DNA of 62,432 nt from Methanobacteriota archaeon. Its GTDB lineage: Archaea; Thermoplasmatota; E2; DHVEG-1. The notes under the pieces are model-generated. The model saw only the letters and a program-made list of their open reading frames with translations. It made no database searches and was not told the DNA's origin. The stretch covers positions 1 to 62,432 of the forward strand of contig CAVYNH010000003.1 of the NCBI GenBank assembly GCA_963769885.1. Reading direction: 5' to 3'. Below, in pieces: positions 61,256 through 62,432 of the stretch (positions are counted from its first letter, which is position 1; every line of letters begins with the position of its first letter). The position numbers and the translations under genes are program-made.

Positions 61256-62432
61256 ATGAAGACGCAGCTCACCAGACGCACCCTCGCCGTCAGCATCATC
61301 CTAGTCCTTTGCAGCACCACACTCCTCCCGCCAAGCCTCGGCAGAACCGCAGCCCAACCGAAATCCATCACCACCACAGCCCAGTTCTCACCACCGACCA
61401 CGACCCTCGAAAACGGACGCCTCCTCATCACCGTCCCCCAGGCCACCGGGATCACCTCCGGCTTCGGAAAACCCCAACTCCCAGAAAACATCCTAACCTA
61501 CGAACTCCCCAGAGGCACCCACATCACCGCCGTGACCTTCACCCCCGGACCCACCAAGACCCTCCAGGCATCAGCCCTCGTCCAGCCCGTCCCCACCCCA
61601 ACTAAAGTCGGCGACGAGCTCCTCCCCCAGACCGACCTCATGGACCAAACCATCTACGGCTCCACAGACCCCTACCCCACAACCTGGGGCTGGTACACCG
61701 TCGGCGCCGGACTCAACCGCACCAACACCCGCGTCCTCCACCTCACCCTCCACTGCACACCCATCCACTACCTCCCAGCCGCCAACACGATCCAATATAC
61801 CACTACAATCACGGTATCCGTCCAATACGAGACGACGCCCGTGAAGCCCGCGCCCGCTATTGCCTACGACCTAGTCATCATCACCCCAGCGGAGTACTCA
61901 GAAGCCATCGGACCGCTCGTTGAACACAAGAACACACACGGCATACCAACCCAAATAATCACCCTTGATGCCATCGCCGCAGGCTACCCCGGCAGAGACC
62001 TCAGCGAACAAATCAAGTACTCCATCAAGGATGCAATCGAGACCTGGGGCACCCAATACGTCCTTCTGGTCGGGGACATGAAGAAACTGCCGATCCGCAC
62101 GACCTACGCCTCCTGGTGGGAGGAGAACGTCCTCTCAGACCTGTACTACGCGGATATCTACGATGCATCGGAGAACTTCTGCAGCTGGGATAAGAACCAC
62201 AACAACCGGTTCGGGGAGACCGACCGGAACGGCAACGACCTGGACGGCGTCGACCTCTACCCCGACGTCAACGTCGGCAGGATCGCCTGCACCAACATCA
62301 GCCAGGTGCAAACCGTCGTCGCCAAGATTATCGCCTATGAGACGCAAACGCACGGGCAGGCATGGTTCAAGAAAATCGTGCTCGCCGGCGGAGACACCTT
62401 CACGCCCCGACTGGGCGCACCGTTCAATGTCT
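61256..62432 (+). CDS. C25 gingipain-family peptidase (truncated by window end)
   Basis: Manual translation MKTQLTRR signal; GKPQLP, YDLVII, SDLYYADIY, PDVNVGRI, GGDTF. Confidence 0.88.
   Translation, partial: MKTQLTRRTLAVSIILVLCSTTLLPPSLGRTAAQPKSITTTAQFSPPTTTLENGRLLITVPQATGITSGFGKPQLPENILTYELPRGTHITAVTFTPGPTKTLQASALVQPVPTPTKVGDELLPQTDLMDQTIYGSTDPYPTTWGWYTVGAGLNRTNTRVLHLTLHCTPIHYLPAANTIQYTTTITVSVQYETTPVKPAPAIAYDLVIITPAEYSEAIGPLVEHKNTHGIPTQIITLDAIAAGYPGRDLSEQIKYSIKDAIETWGTQYVLLVGDMKKLPIRTTYASWWEENVLSDLYYADIYDASENFCSWDKNHNNRFGETDRNGNDLDGVDLYPDVNVGRIACTNISQVQTVVAKIIAYETQTHGQAWFKKIVLAGGDTFTPRLGAPFNV

Noticed and set aside
1-62432. CRISPR arrays, transposases, integrases, reverse transcriptase/DGR, rRNA
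   Set aside because: No regular repeat-spacer pattern or diagnostic motifs found by eye.

Overview
Archaeal chromosomal segment. The evidence is PolD DP1/DP2, MCM, aEF-2, uS7/uS12, an archaeal SRP RNA, PolB2, TATA-type promoters and pyrimidine-tract terminators. The many secreted C25/C10/C45 peptidases with PKD domains suggest Thermoplasmatota of the DHVEG-1/MBG-D (Thermoprofundales) type; this placement is inferred. About 50 CDS, tRNA-Cys(GCA) and a 7S SRP RNA are supported. Four patterns are not explained by the gene list. (1) Kilobase-scale domains of extreme G+T versus C+A strand skew alternate along the window, ignore gene orientation, switch inside genes and distort protein sequences. 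(2) Eight single-base frameshifts occur in 7 genes, 7 of them abutting GTAC, probably a DNA-modification footprint in long-read data. (3) Two recurrent ~100-aa beta-rich domains, mostly C-terminal, are shared by unrelated secreted proteins and are a candidate archaeal surface-sorting system. (4) An integrase-less 3.5-kb islet (UbiA/MenA-like, GGR-like, GNAT) is bounded by a duplication of the 5' end of tRNA-Cys. All analysis was by eye; no searches were run.
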